A DNA stretch of 56,596 nt, from NCBI GenBank assembly GCA_001687465.1, contig LVLI01000382.1, positions 1 to 56,596 on the forward strand, read 5' to 3'. A model generated the notes under the pieces. That model was given only the letters and a program-made list of their open reading frames with translations, made no database searches and was not told the origin of the DNA. Source of the DNA: Halocafeteria seosinensis (taxonomy: Eukaryota). Every line of letters starts with the position of its first letter. The stretch's first letter is position 1. Of this stretch, positions 10,085 to 23,000 are shown piece by piece. A program made the position numbers and the translations under genes.

Positions 10085-10440
10085 ACGGAGGACAGAGGGT
10101 CCTACAGCCGGAATCGATGCACCTCAAAAATTGATTGTCGCAATGCAAACGACACGTATAGAGACGAAAAAAAGTTTGTCGCATTACTTTCCAAGGAGCT
10201 TAAGGGGAGCTACTAGAGGCGTGTGGAAGACGGGAAAACGGAGGACAGAGGGTCCTACAGCCGGAATCGATGCACCTCAAAAATTCCCTCTGGACGGAGG
10301 ACAGAGGGTCCTACAGCCGGATCGGGGGTGCAGTCTATAGAAGGTAGACGAAAAGTTTGTCGCATTTTGTGTCCAGGCCGGGCAGGCCCTCAAGGGGAGC
10401 TAGTAGAGGCGTGTGGAATACGGGAAAAGTGACAGCCGAG
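10085..10440 (+). repeat. Reiterated 5'-terminal motif and diverged ~190-210-nt tandem duplication
   Basis: A 48-nt exact repeat occurs at 10085-10132 and 10238-10285. A second full 5' motif starts at 10285. The block agacgaaaa..gtttgtcgcatt..aaggggagcta.tagaggcgtgtggaa.acgggaaaa occurs at ~10162 and ~10347. Confidence 0.85.
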
Positions 10441-10474
10441 GCAGAAGGAGGGCAATACCGGAAGGGTATCAACT

Positions 10475-11295
10475 CCTCGATCATCAGCGCCAGCGGTGCA
10501 CCGTACATGGAATCAAGTTGAACCTCAAGAACATTTCCAACTGTTCTGGAACTTCAACAAAACACGAATGGGTTTCAACACATTGTCTACAGCACACCGG
10601 ATGAACGAAGGGCCTCGATCATCAGTGTCAGCGGTGCATCGGGGACACACGAATCAAGTTCGTTTCCGTCTGTCTCTCGTAGACAGTCTCTGTTCTGGAA
10701 CGTCTACAAAATACGAAAGGAGTTTACACTGTACTGTACATTCATTGTCTACAAATTGACTACAACACGCCAGATAAACGTTCATTTTCGCGCTCTGGTA
10801 CATCTAGCAAACATGCAAACAATACACATCACACAGACTCAACTTGTGGCCAGTGCATTAGCAAGCAAGAAGGACCTCTTGGTCCAGTCGAGTTCCAGCA
10901 ACGTGTACTTCGGAGGATCCTGCCAGCGACAAATCAGTTCTATCAGTACGTCCTCTTCGAGAGGAACACGTTTGGTAAGAGGGTCCTCCCAGAGGATGGC
11001 ATTAGGTTCGCGCTTGCCTTGTAGCCAGTCGCGTTCCAGCAACCAGCAACGCGTACACTGTACATCCACGTACTTCGCAGGGTCCTCCCAGCGGAAATCG
11101 ATTCTATCACTAGGATGTCACCAGGAAGTTCTGGCAGGAACTCCCTCGTCAGAGGGTCCTCCCAGCGGAAATCAATTTCTATCAGTAGGAATTTGCAGCA
11201 GCGAAGTTCTCGTCGAGAGGAACGCGCTTGGTACGAGGAAATCAATTCATCAGGATCGCGCTTGCGCGAAAGGTCCTCCTAGCGGACGGCATCAA
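10475..11295 (+). repeat. Internal degenerate repeats of the non-autonomous element
   Basis: cctcgatcatcag.g.cagcggtgca..gaatcaagtt..tgttctggaac..cattgtctaca occurs at ~10475 and ~10613. A gg(g)tcctcccagcgg-like motif occurs at ~10915, 10981, 11080, 11154 and 11272. Confidence 0.8.
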
Positions 11296-11302
11296 AAATG
11301 CG

Positions 11303-11351
11303 TAATCCCCTCCGTTCAGAGGGACTTCCTCACGCTCCTGCGGGAGGCTTT
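11303..11351 (+). repeat. Helitron2/Helentron-type 3' terminus, copy 2
   Basis: Exact 49-nt match to 10026-10074. Confidence 0.85.
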
Positions 11352-11540
11352 ACTGGTCAACCCACGGGACTGGTGCGTCAATGAAGCAAGCATGATGTAT
11401 GTAGACGAAAAGATTGCCCGGTCCTTTAGATGGGGCCAGTGTTATGCAATGCACTATGCACATCTCGCAAGAGAGATACAGTGAGATGCGGATTTGTTCT
11501 ATATTACATGTTGGTCGGCCGATGTTTTCTTTTATCAACC

Positions 11541-13924
11541 ATGCATAGAGTGACAGTTCGAGCGCTATCCCGGCAGCTTCACAGAAGTCCTGGTGTACAA
11601 TATGGCATCTACTCGAAGCTATCGCTTCGTAGGTGGTGTTCCACTGGCCCCCCTACCTTGAGAGACTCCTATAAAAGGCACATTAGCGATGTAGAAGGCA
11701 ATGCTGATACCCTGACAACGAGCTACAGAACACGGGTGACCTCTACACTCGGTGTACAGGATGCAGAGGCTTCTCGTGAAGTTAAATTGGCAGGGTGGGT
11801 GCAGGTAAGGACTCCAATATCGGATATGTTGAAGGAAGTCATAGTTTTGGAACCCAAATGATCGGATGAATGCATAGCAGGCGGTTCGAAAATATGGAGG
11901 ATTAATATTCATCGATTTACGAGATAGCTACGGCAGAGTACAAGTACGGGTATCGGCGGATGATTATGGTAGCGGTATGAATGTGCTCTTAGGACTATGA
12001 CACGGAAACGAGCCACCGTCAAATTTTGCGTTCTCTTTTCACAGATACGCTCCTTCGCCAGGCACGCTCACTTCAGGTGGAAAGCGTTGTGGCCATTGGA
12101 GGGCAGGTGGCGCTGCGTCCTGAGTCGATGCGAAACCCTAAGCAGAGGAACGGAGATATTGAAATTTTACTAAAGAGCATACACACTCATGTGCTGTCCA
12201 ATGATCTTCCCATGCAGCTGGATTTTGGTAGTGCTGCAGCGGCTGCAGGACAAACGGTGGATGATGATACATCTGGTGCGGGTGAAACGAGTTCAGAGAG
12301 AGTGAGGCTGACACATAGATATCTAGATCTTCGCCGCAGTGTAATGCAGCGAAACTTACGATTAAGGAGCAACATTGTTCAGTCGATACGAAATGCGCTA
12401 TTAGAACTCAATTGTGTGGAAGTAGAAACTCCTGCGTTATTTCGGTCAACTCCAGAAGGGGCTCGTGAGTTCTTAGTACCCACTCGTAACAAAGGCAAGT
12501 ATTATGCGCTTGTTCAGTCTCCGCAACAGTACAAACAGCTTTTAATGGTAGGAGGTATGGATAGATATTTCCAGATAGCCAAATGCTTCAGGGATGAGCT
12601 AGGTCGTAAAGACAGGCAGCCGGAATTTACTCAAGTAGATATTGAACTTGGCTTCGCCTCAGGAGGCGATGTCATGGGACTTACAGAGAGTGTTTTGAGA
12701 AGAGTTTGGAAAGCGTACTACGAATCAACAGAAAAACTGTCGCATTTGCTGCCTTCACTACCGCAACTTCCTCCTCTTCCAGAGCAATTTACTCGAATTC
12801 CGTACGCAGAGTTGATGAGCTTCTATGGTTCCGACAAACCAGATCGACGTTACGGTATGATTCTAAAAAATGTTACCCGGTTTTTTATAGCAGCGGAAGG
12901 TCCATTTCCTCCCTTTGACGGAGCCCTCCGGTCCAAATTTGTGCAGACTGGAGAGGAGAACTGTCCGTCCTTGGAGGACATTAGCCCCCATAAGACCAGT
13001 ATTCGTGCGTTTAATGCGAAGGGAATGAAGAAAATACTTAGTCGGAAGAAAGTTGATCAATTATTGAAGGAAGCTAGGTCTGAATTCGGGAATGGAGAAG
13101 CATGGAAAGTTCAATCCTACTTGGGAGACCCGAAAGAGCAACATGGCGAAGCCCCATTCTGCATGACAATTCAGCTTAACGAAGACGGTTCAAAGTGGAA
13201 AGGGAAGGTGCAGCAGCACATGAGTTCGGAACAAGCTCAACAGTTGAAAAGCTACTTAAACGCAGAGCCGGAGGATATTATATTTGTGGCGTCCGGATGG
13301 GGAGAAGATCCACTTAGACTACTAGGAACTATCCGAGCAAAAGTTACTAGCTTCCAAAGTCCGCCAGAGTTTGATAATGCGGATATATATTGGGTCACTG
13401 ACTTCCCTTTGTTCGAAATAAACCACGAAGAAGCAATAGCGAGTTCTCGGAACAAGTTAATGCTAAAATCAGCACACCATCCTTTCACTGCTCCGTCAGC
13501 CGAAGCAGCAGACGAAATCTGGAAGATTGGCGAACAAAATTTCGATATTAAGGATCTATTTGCGCTGCGTAGTCAGCACTATGACCTCGTTCTCAACGGG
13601 AACGAAATCGGAGGTGGATCTGTGAGGATCCATGACTCTAAGCTACAGATGCATATCTTGTCTGAGGTATTAGGTCTCTCCTCAGAGGTCATCAAGAGTT
13701 TCGATCACTTGTTCCGCGGCCTGGAAAGTGGATGTCCACCCCACAGCGGAATCGCACTGGGATTGGACCGTCTCCTAGCGGTTATGATTGAAGCTGACTC
13801 CATACGTGATGTCATCGCATTTCCTAAGTCAGCTCATGGAAATGAGCTAATGACAGGTGCTCCTTCTGAAGCTACAGATGCTCAATTGCAAGAATACCAT
13901 CTTCTTGGTGATAGTAATCACTAA
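11541..13924 (+). CDS. DARS2: Aspartyl-tRNA synthetase, mitochondrial/bacterial type (2 introns near the 5' end)
   Basis: Arg/Ser-rich presequence MHRVTVRALSRQL. Motifs VKLAGWVQ/AVRKYGGLIFIDLRDSYGRVQV, HRYLDLRR, STPEGAREFLVP, QSPQQYKQLLM, RYFQIAKCFRDE..DRQPEFTQVDIE, HHPFTAP, PPHSGIALGLDRL, IRDVIAFPK. Confidence 0.96.
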
Positions 13925-13946
13925 TTTTCGAACTGTTCTCTGAAGC

Positions 13947-15340
13947 CTATACGATCGGTCGTTGCCTGTAGAAATCATCTGAGAGAGGCAAGTCACTTTC
14001 ATATGAGTCTTCTGTTTGGGGTAGAAGGGGATGAGACTGGCCTGAGGCCCTCTTGGATTTGTGCAGTATCCCCGTCTTATCTAATTCTTCAACCTTATTG
14101 CAGTATAGTTTCGACGCCTTTAACATCTTGAGTAATTCGGTATCACCAAGTCTTTTCCCAATCTTCCTTAAAGTGCGAATGCGAACTCTAGCGCTGCCAA
14201 ACTTCCTCTCCTGTATCATGCAAAATAGATAATCAGCTTACCACAAAGAGACTACGAACCGTGCTAAATTCTTACAAGTATATCATTGTATACAAAATGC
14301 ACATTAGCCTTGGCCTCCATGCTCTCGTCTCCGAGCAACTTTGCGACGAGAATTTGTTTTTCAGCCATTACCCGGGCTTGATCGATATGCTTACAAAGGT
14401 AATACCCACCTCCCAGGGTGGATATCCACGCATTGGCAACAATGAGTTCTCTACGCATAACGATCAAAAACATAAATTTTTTGCAGCCTAGCAAGTCTGG
14501 AGTCGCTCTACAATGGGCGCCGACCAACAATCTGCTACATCGCTTTGAAGAGGTCTTCGCATAGCGCGGAAATACAGCCGACGCATGGAACGTGCATATG
14601 TGAGGCTCTGTAGGCCACACAAACTTCCCACAATCCTCCTTGGTCTTATGATGGGCATAAGACGATAAATATGCTGGAGCCGTGGAACAATCCTCCAATG
14701 TTGTGTCTAACTCTTTTAATGTCCTCTGGGCTGCGTAATCACCGGTAAAACAAGCCGGCGATCTAGCAATGCTGTAATTGCAGAGCGACTGCTGTAACTC
14801 GTTGAGGGAGTTGCAATTCCAAACACGCTCCCAACAATTCAGTTTGCTCCAATAACATTGCCTTTCATAAGCGGAATGCTCACTATCACGACCGTATTCT
14901 ATGAATCGCCGCTTTCTGCCTGAGCTACAAGCACTGCTCGTCACTCTATAGAGGAACCTATATACACGTCGGGATGTAGAGCGGTACTCTTCGGAGTAAG
15001 GAAGTTCTCCAATGGCTCCGTACACGTCATGAGACAAAACATCCCCCAACGCCTTCAAAGAACTGACACTGTTGAAACACAGCGGAATGGCATTCGTCAA
15101 CACTAGACTTCCACAACTGGAGACCGCGTGCCTCGGGTGCCCTATACACGGCACACGAAGTCCGCATGCATGGGAACTTTTCAACCAGGGTTCTGACACT
15201 GTCTCCTGTTTAGGGATGCCTCCTCCATCCGGGGAAGACTCTTCTGCGACCAACTTCAGGAAGTCTTCATGCTTGGAAGGGATGACGATTTCGAAGCTCT
15301 GCCAAACAGCAGTGCTGCTGTCGTCACTGTTGGATCCCAT
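13947..15340 (-). CDS. Uncharacterised protein with a C-terminal DUF4807-like helical domain (2 exons)
   Basis: ORFs 14264..15340 and 13947..14219 are joined by a GT-AG intron at 14211-14275. WISTLGGGYY..Q...AKLLGD resembles the DUF4807 STLGG signature (recalled, not searched). Confidence 0.6.
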
Positions 15341-15557
15341 ACCTTTTCCATTCAGTTATACTCAAGCGTATGCATCTACTACCACCGTAGAGTCGACCAA
15401 TACTACCCCACCTACCGTATATAGGGTCCCACCGGTGGTCTACAGAAGGCTTGTGAAGGTGGTGTTCCATGGCATTGCGTCCGCGCTCTGTGTATTGTCA
15501 CCGACGTGATACGAATCTAGAATGTAGATGTGATACGATACGATAGGACAGTACAAG

Positions 15558-17092
15558 ATGAGTGAGCAAACGGAGCTGTATGACAACGATGACAGCATCG
15601 TCACGCCAGCGTTCTTTGTGAACATGGAGCAAGTGGAGCAGAATTGCAGGAAATTACGAGATATCGCTGAATCCAGAGGCGTACGTCTACGCCCGCATTT
15701 CAAAGTACGCAAGCACCATAGTTTTTGGTTGATTTGTATCGAGCTACAATCGTGTTCTTGCGTCTCCTCAGACCCACAAAACCAAAGAAATTGCCGAGAT
15801 ACAACTAGAGAACCTGCCCTCGTATCAGAAAGCGGAACGTAACCCGAAAGAGCAAGGCATTGTAGTCAGTACTCTCCGGGTAAGAAATACGAGTACTTGT
15901 GCAGCCAAAGGGGTCTCCTTCACTCCGTGTTCTTGTCTTGTTGCTGTTGTTGTACTCTCATCCAGGAAGCAGAGTACTTGGCTGACTGTGGCTTCCAAGA
16001 CATATTGTATGCAGTTTTAGTGGCACCCCAAAAGAAAGAGAGGATCTTGACTTTACATAACCGACTAGAACGCTTCCATGTGTTGATTGATTCCGTCGAA
16101 GCTGTTGACATTGTCAGGGAATGGCTAGTATCCACTGAAATGGAGAAGCCCCTTAGTGTGTTCGTAAAAGTCGACTGTGGCTACAGGAGGGCTGGTGTTG
16201 ACCCGACCTCTGAGTCCTCTATTAGAGTGTGTGAGGCGATATGGCACGAACCGAAACTGATGTGAGTGACATCGAAGAAAGTTTACGAAAAGGGTACTCC
16301 TAAGAATGTGTTCGTTTTCTTCCAGACTACAAGGCATCTACTCTCACTCCGGTCATTCATACAATTCACCATCCGGTGAAGCAGGGGCTCAAAGAATTGC
16401 GGAGAGCGAAAGAAATGTAATGACGGGTAAGCTAGTAGGCAAACGCCATGGTGGTTTTCTCGATTACCGACTGGATCTTGAGCAGAGTTTGTCAATACCT
16501 TGAGGAAACGCAATATACGGGTGGATCATGTGTCGGTAGGAGCCACTCCCTCTTGTACCACGGGAAGAAGTTGGGCAGGCTGCAGTGAGGTGCGTGATAC
16601 CGCGTTTTCTGTCGCATATCCATCCAAAATAATGACGACAATATGGTTTACGTTTATGGCTTTGCGCAGTTACACCCAGGAAATTACGTCTTCTACGACA
16701 GACAGCAGGCCGCTTCTGGCTCTTGCAGCTTGGAAGAGGTGGCCTGCTACGTCGGAACTCGAATTATCGGTCGTTACCCTGATAGGAACGAGCTGCTGGT
16801 AGATGTGGGTGCAGCAGGTTTGCACAAAGACAGCGCTGGAATCGATGATTGGGGTCATGTTATTGGGCATCCAGAGCTACAATTAAAGAAAATAACCCAG
16901 GAAGTTGGAGTCATTGGCAGCGACCGTAGCATTTCGTTCGCCGACTTTCCATTGGGTCGATTTCTGCGTGTCCTCCCGAACCATTCATGCATGACCGCTT
17001 GCATGCATGAAGAATACAAAGTGGTCAAACCCTGTGCACACACTGGTCGCTATAGGATTGTAGACTCTATTCGACCTTGCCGAGGATGGTGA
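15558..17092 (+). CDS. DSD1: D-serine dehydratase / D-threonine aldolase family (fold-type III PLP enzyme), multi-exon
   Basis: TPAFFVN, LRPHFK/THKT (PLP lysine), VKVDCGYRRAG, YSHSGHSY, SVGATPS, HPGNYVFYD, TQEVG, PNHSC (Zn-binding His/Cys). Exons are separated by short GT-AG introns. Confidence 0.9.
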
Positions 17093-17580
17093 TAAACAGT
17101 TACCGCGTACCTGACGCTTAACTGGCGTTGTCCAGCGCTCTTGTACGTGCTTCCTTGTATCAAGCTCTGCGAGCCCCGCCGACCCGAGTCACTTACTGGT
17201 ACTCCGGTATCATGACATCTGCGTCACGGTGAGGCTCTGCGGCTTCAACAATATACCCAAGATGCATATTCATGATCCAGAAGTGCAACTTTCCGTCGTC
17301 CATTTTCAGTATATGTTCTTCTTGTTCGATACTATCTTTTTACTGAGCGCGCTGGTAGGCATCCCGTCTTCCTAACATGTTGAAGTACGTAACCACGTGA
17401 GTCTCACCGTGCCTGACGTCACAGATGTCATACTGTATACACGAGCGTTCCGTGCAACTGTAGTTACTGGTGTACTGATTGTCAAAATTGTCGACTTGGT
17501 GCAGGAAGCAATTGGGTTGGGAAGTTCGGTATGAAACAACGCTGCCATGTGCCGCCATCATTGCAGCTGAGGGGTGGAGA

Positions 17581-19603
17581 ATGAGCGAGACAGAAACAAA
17601 AGTAGGGGAGGTCACATTCCATTGGAAATGGCAGGATCAACAAACCTACGCTCTTTACATTTATGGACTGGCCTTTCTCTATGCTGTATGGAAGCAAATA
17701 CAGAGATCTCGCCTAGAATACGACGTGGCTCTTCAGGTCAAAAAATTAGATCAACCAATTCCCAGAACACTATTATGGTGTTGTAGACTAATTTCCTTTT
17801 GTTTTCTCCTGCGAATCGGATGGCTCATCGCTCGAATTTCGAAGGTGATATCGGATCCCGAAGCGGAAGAGGCCTGTGTTAGTGGATGGAAATGCCGTGG
17901 AGAGGTCTTCCAGCGTGCACTCAACAGGTTGGCAAGTTTTATGCACATCATTGCGTTCTCTCTCATTAGTAAGTACTGAACCCTGAGCGGTGTTACTTAC
18001 GTGAGGAAACGCAGCATACTTGAGATAATGTTGTTGTTTGTCGGAATTTGCAGTATTGTACTGGGTACGATGGAAGAATGCTGTGCACAAGGAGAAAGTA
18101 AGACGCTCGCAGGCAACGACGCAGGAGGATGACAGCCAGGAAAAGAAGAAACTGAACATGTGGGACGTTGGCTTCATTATTATCGACATATGGCTTTTTT
18201 TGTTTCAGGCAGCAATTCTTGCTGTGTCACTAGTGTTTTCTCTAGGGGATCGCGGGAATAGAATCAATCGAGGATATCAATCGGCAGTAGCAGTTGTTTA
18301 CATGTTCCTGGCGTTTTCGATGACATGGAATGGGATCGAAATACTTAATCTTGTCCGGTCACAACACACCTATATTAAAGACATTCTTATGCAGAAGCGG
18401 ATGGCGAAGGCGAAAGCCAGACAGATGACGAAAGAACAAAAGCAGCGCCAGAGGAAAGAAAGGAGGAACCGGAAAGCCGATGAGAGCGAGAGTGCTACGC
18501 CTACGGGGGATGATAAGGAGGCGGAACCTACGAACGGGCAAGAAATGGTGAAAGCAAATGGGCAGCAGGTTACGGTTGATTATGCGAAGGATGAGCCAAG
18601 CGACAGTAAGAGTCAACTATCTACATGGTACAAGACTCGGTCAAATATTGTACGTATTCGCTGGTCTGTTAAGCTTTGGCTTAGCACTCCCACCATCTCA
18701 AATCGCAAGTGCAGGCTCTCCCAATGTCTGCTGAACACTCGGTAAACTCTACCAAAGCAGTGGATGACCAAGTCTCTAAGGGTATATATAAGATTTTGGG
18801 TATGTGCTGTATTTGCATTCCCTTATTCGTGCTCCTAGTCGTTTTGTACATGTGGAGGCCGGCTACGGGGCGACGTTTATCGGAAGCAAAGGCAGTATAT
18901 CCGTGGTTAATGTTTGTCATTCCGGAAATAGTATCATCCGTGGTGGTCCTGTATCTGATAAGCCCCACCAGGAAAGGCTTTTTTCGGAGATGTAAGAAAT
19001 GCCAGTGTTGGGGCGAAATTGGAGACTGGGTAAAGTGGACGAGTAAGTGATAAAGAGCACTGTTTGTCCCTAGTGTACGAACCCAACGCAATGCTGTTCT
19101 TTACAGTTAAGGATTGTATATTTTGCTGTACGTGTTGTGGCGGATTCGGGTTTCTAGAACGCAAGATATACGCTACAAATACGGGCATTAGGAATCGCGA
19201 TGGTACGGGATCGTTCGAGGTCGCGGATGTCGAGGCATTGAGAAGGGATGTCGGAGCCCGAGGTATTCCAAGTCGCTTCTACGAGATGTCGCCGGAAGCA
19301 TTAGAAAAAGTCTACCAATTCGACGAAGATGTGAATGTTAATTTGGATCCTCTCTCAAGATACCCGACATATGATGCTCAGCAGATGCCAGATGGCGAAC
19401 AACTGCCAGAGTTCACCAATGGGTTATCTAATCTAGAAGCAGCATGGCCTGTAACGCGGGAGACACCGCTGTTGCAGGAGGACTTAGATAGAATCCAGGG
19501 AAGTTCTAGGTTTCCAGTTCGAAGTCGTCCGTCCAATGGCGCTGCTGCAGCAACGGCAACGGAGCAGTCCACTGTCATGGATGTTGAATCTTCCCTCAGC
19601 TAA
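17581..19603 (+). CDS. Multi-pass membrane protein, THH1/TOM1/TOM3 (GPR137-like) type, multi-exon
   Basis: ORFs 17479, 18038, 18709 and 19064 form exons with ~7 hydrophobic segments. Motifs FLLRIGW, LNRLASFMHIIAFSLI/VLYW, IPEIVSSVVVLYLI. There is a charged loop and a Cys-rich juxtamembrane tail. Confidence 0.6.
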
Positions 19604-20000
19604 CCTGGGAAACAGTTCAATTAGTGGACCACATTTGGGTATTCGCACTAACCAACGCGTTTGTTGTACATTTGACATCCCGTGCATGACAATGTCATCA
19701 ACTGTCAATGCCACGTTGGTACAATGTAATTCTTGCACGTTACATTGTAGGTCCTTAATGCCACACGACAATCTTTTCGCTCGCTTCACAAAGCCACGAC
19801 ACAAGTTCCTACCTGTCTTTCTGTGGTGCTTGTTGCGCACTTTTCTATATACCAATGAGGAGAGTATAGAGCAGCATTATTAGTATACGAAGCCAAATTT
19901 TCCCGTGAGTGTATATAGAGTGGGTGCCCGTCCTTGGAATGTTGAGGCGGCGGGCTGATCTCGACTCAGACCTCCATATTCCGCCTGTTATTAAGGCATT

Positions 20001-23000
20001 ATGAGTGGTCTCCTCTTGGAGGAAGATGAAGGAGCCCAGTGTGACATACAGCCTGGCCATGTGGCCTACATGTGCTTCGCGTCGACACTCGTTATGCTGC
20101 AGACGCCAGGTACGGAAGAGTGGAATTCAGGTGCCCTCGTAGATCTTTAATTCGTTTTATTCTATTGCATACAGCTACCGGTATCGCGCAAGCTGGTATC
20201 ATTCGGAGGAAAAATGTGCTCTCGATTCTGATGCAGACAATCACAGGAATGGTGGTGGGATCGGTTCTGTGGTTTGTGGTTGGCTACACACTGGTTTGGG
20301 GTACGAGCGAAACTTCGACGGTGGCACATTTATCTAATGGTAACTAATCGTATGGGTGCTCGAAACAGGTCCGAGTTTGGGAGGAATTATTGGCCATCCG
20401 ACTAAAGGCGCTTTCATGCTCAATGTGCCAGTCGATACATGCGTCTCCGCCGCACCACATATTCCTGGAATACTTTTTGCAGCATTTCAAATGATGTTCG
20501 CATTAATGACTCCAGTACTGGTAACAGGAGCATGGGCGGAAAAACTCACGTTCGAAGTAAGTCTCATAAGCAAGTAACTGTACCGCTGATATGAAGAAAC
20601 GTTAAATTTCCCGCGAATATGTATATGGTGCAGGCATTCCTCCTTTTCCTTGTCATTTGGCCGTTTGCTGGTGAGTATCCCAATTCGCTTCCTTGTGTGG
20701 GTAGTTGACGAATACTTAATTGCCTGCTCACTCGCAGTTTATTATCCCCTCGCTCACTGGATTTGGAACGGACAGGGATGGCTAAAATCAATGGGTGTTT
20801 TGGATTTCGCTGGAGGTATGGTTATCCATACTTCGTCTGGCGTCGCCGGTAAGTAGTTCGTTTTGCTGGCATTGCATCGATAACATTTGGTGTTGTTACG
20901 GGGTTGTCAATGTATCTCAGGCCTTGTTGTGGCTATCATGCTTGCAAGAAGGAGAAAGATTGAGGAACTAGTTGACAGTCATCACAACTTACCGTTAATG
21001 TTCATTGGTATGACTTCCTGTTTTGTTGTCACACTGTTACTGACCAGGTTCAAATGACGTTGTTGCTGTTCCAGGTGCTATTTTTATTTTTGCGGGATGG
21101 TATTCCTTTAACGGAGCTTCAGCTTATGCGGCAAATGGGCAATCAGCTCAGGCCTTAATGTCCACCCACATCAGTGGATGCACTGGGGGGATTTGCTGGT
21201 TGATCATGTCGTGGTGGCTCGACCATGACCCCGCTCCTGTTGACGTTGCTGCAGCAGAGAGCGAAGGAGAATTTGAAGACAGCGACGCTATGTCATCCAT
21301 CTTGGATTCAAGTGACAAGCATACTCAAAGAGTGGCTCCTACCAAAAAGCCTCAACGGCGTAAGCATCAACGAAGGTGGCACATGAAAGAAATCATCAAT
21401 GGTGTCCTTGCTGGTTTGGCGTCAATCACAGCAGGGAGTGGTTACGTTGCTCCTCAAGCTGCATTTTTTATTGGCATTGGAGCTGCCTTCACTTCGTACT
21501 TCACAATTTATCTGCTTAAGAAATACCGTGTGGATGATGTGCTAGATGTAATGGCACTGCAAGGTACCCCCGGAATCTGGGGATCGTTTGCAGTCGGTTG
21601 GGCAGCCCGTAGCATCAAGGACTTTGACCTTGGAGAAAGGTCCGCCGTATTCTACGGGGGTGGATTTCGACTTCTTGGTGTTCAGTGCCTCGCTATCGTT
21701 GTCACCGTTGTTTGGGCTGCCTTTTGGACGTGGGTCATCTTTAAGTGTATGTCAATCTTCATGGGCATCGAAGTAGACAGCGATGTCGAGGCCAAGGGGC
21801 TTGATGTAGTAAGTATTTCGTGTTGCCACCGTTGATATCTCTATTCTTTACCCTACTGGGGGACCTCCCACAATGCAGCATCAAATAGGTGAACACGCTT
21901 ACGATTTGGATGAATTTGGACATCCAGTGTACACTACGTCTGCTGATGAATCCCTTCTTGCTGCCAGACTCCGGGATGCGTGCGCTATGGGAAATCTATC
22001 GGGTAAGTATTTGCCGCTTTCTACAGTAAGCGACAATCGAACGACCAACACGTGATAAATTGGTTGCAGAGGTGAAATGGCTTCTTCGAATTGGCGGAGA
22101 TCCTTCAAAGCCTGATTATGACCATAAGCAAGCACTCCATTGGGCCGTCGAAAGCGGCCAGTTGAGAATATGCAAAGCAATTTTGGCGGATTCTTCGGTC
22201 GACATCAATGCCACGGATCGATGGGGGGATACTCCTTTAGTTGAGGCTATAGCAAGGGGTTATGAAGATATTGCCCAATATTTGCAGGGCATGGGTGCCA
22301 CTCTCCCGGCTGATGAAGAGGGCATATACTGCCTCTGCGCCGCAAGTCACAACGGTGACATAAATGAAATTAGGCATTTAATTAGGCGTGGGATCCCCGT
22401 GAACTCGAGCGATTACGATCGTCGTACTGCATTGCACATTGCAGCTTCGGAGGTACGATACTTGATGTAATTTCGATATAGCTTGCATAAGGTGTTCATT
22501 TTGAGTGTACAGGGCCATCTGGATGTTTGTCGATTCCTCCTCAGTGCCGGGGCCGATGTTTTGGCCGTGGATATGCGCGGTGACTCTCCCGTAGACAACG
22601 CAAAATATTATGGACATAAGGAGATATATGAGTTGTTGCTGGAGGCACGTCCCGTGGGACCGACCAGAACACGGGCAAGAACTAGATCTTCGTTCACAAG
22701 GGAGAGGGAAGAAGATATAGCACCCATTCCCCCACCGCCTCGCTCGCGCACAATCGACACAGAGCAGACGGCTATTAAACCAACTCCACCATGGCGAGCG
22801 GCACTAAGTACTGTTAATTCACTTCCCGACGAACATACACCCGATTCCGGTGTAAAAACTCCTTTGTTAAGAGGAAGTGTTGGCGACAGCTCGAACACGA
22901 ACACATCCACCCAGCAGCTGCTAGTTACCGCTGCTGGAGAAGGAGACTTGTCTGAAGTAAAACGGTTGATCCGAAAGGGTGCAGACCCTACAGCTACTAG

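Larger units (their letters stand above)
10076..11351 (+). mobile_element. Non-autonomous Helitron2/HINE-like element (~1.28 kb) in tandem with the autonomous element
   Basis: It begins tccctctggacggagg (10076-10091), a 15/16 reverse-complement match to the 3' subTIR cctccgttcagaggga. It ends with the same 49-nt 3' terminus, has T-tracts on both sides, and has a repetitive interior with no credible coding content. Confidence 0.75.

Noticed and set aside
10076..11295. CRISPR-like repeat-spacer array
   Set aside because: Repeats are degenerate and irregularly spaced (~65-120 nt). The intervening sequences resemble each other, there are no cas genes, and the context is eukaryotic. TE-internal repeats explain it better.
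11353..11357. CTGG|T as a canonical Helitron1 CTRR 3' end
   Set aside because: Identity between the two terminal copies stops at the T-tract before it, and copy 1 lacks it. The subTIR architecture fits Helitron2/Helentron better, though CTRR is not fully excluded.
10756..11484. 242-aa ORF as a real gene
   Set aside because: It starts with TTG, is Ser-rich, translates the repeats and crosses the element's 3' terminus.
11875..11880. NAGNAG (tagcag) acceptor in AspRS intron 1
   Set aside because: This is common and would change only one residue.
15558..17092. D-serine dehydratase as a recent bacterial transfer
   Set aside because: It has several spliceosomal introns and the family is known in diverse eukaryotes. 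Nothing in the sequence indicates recent transfer.
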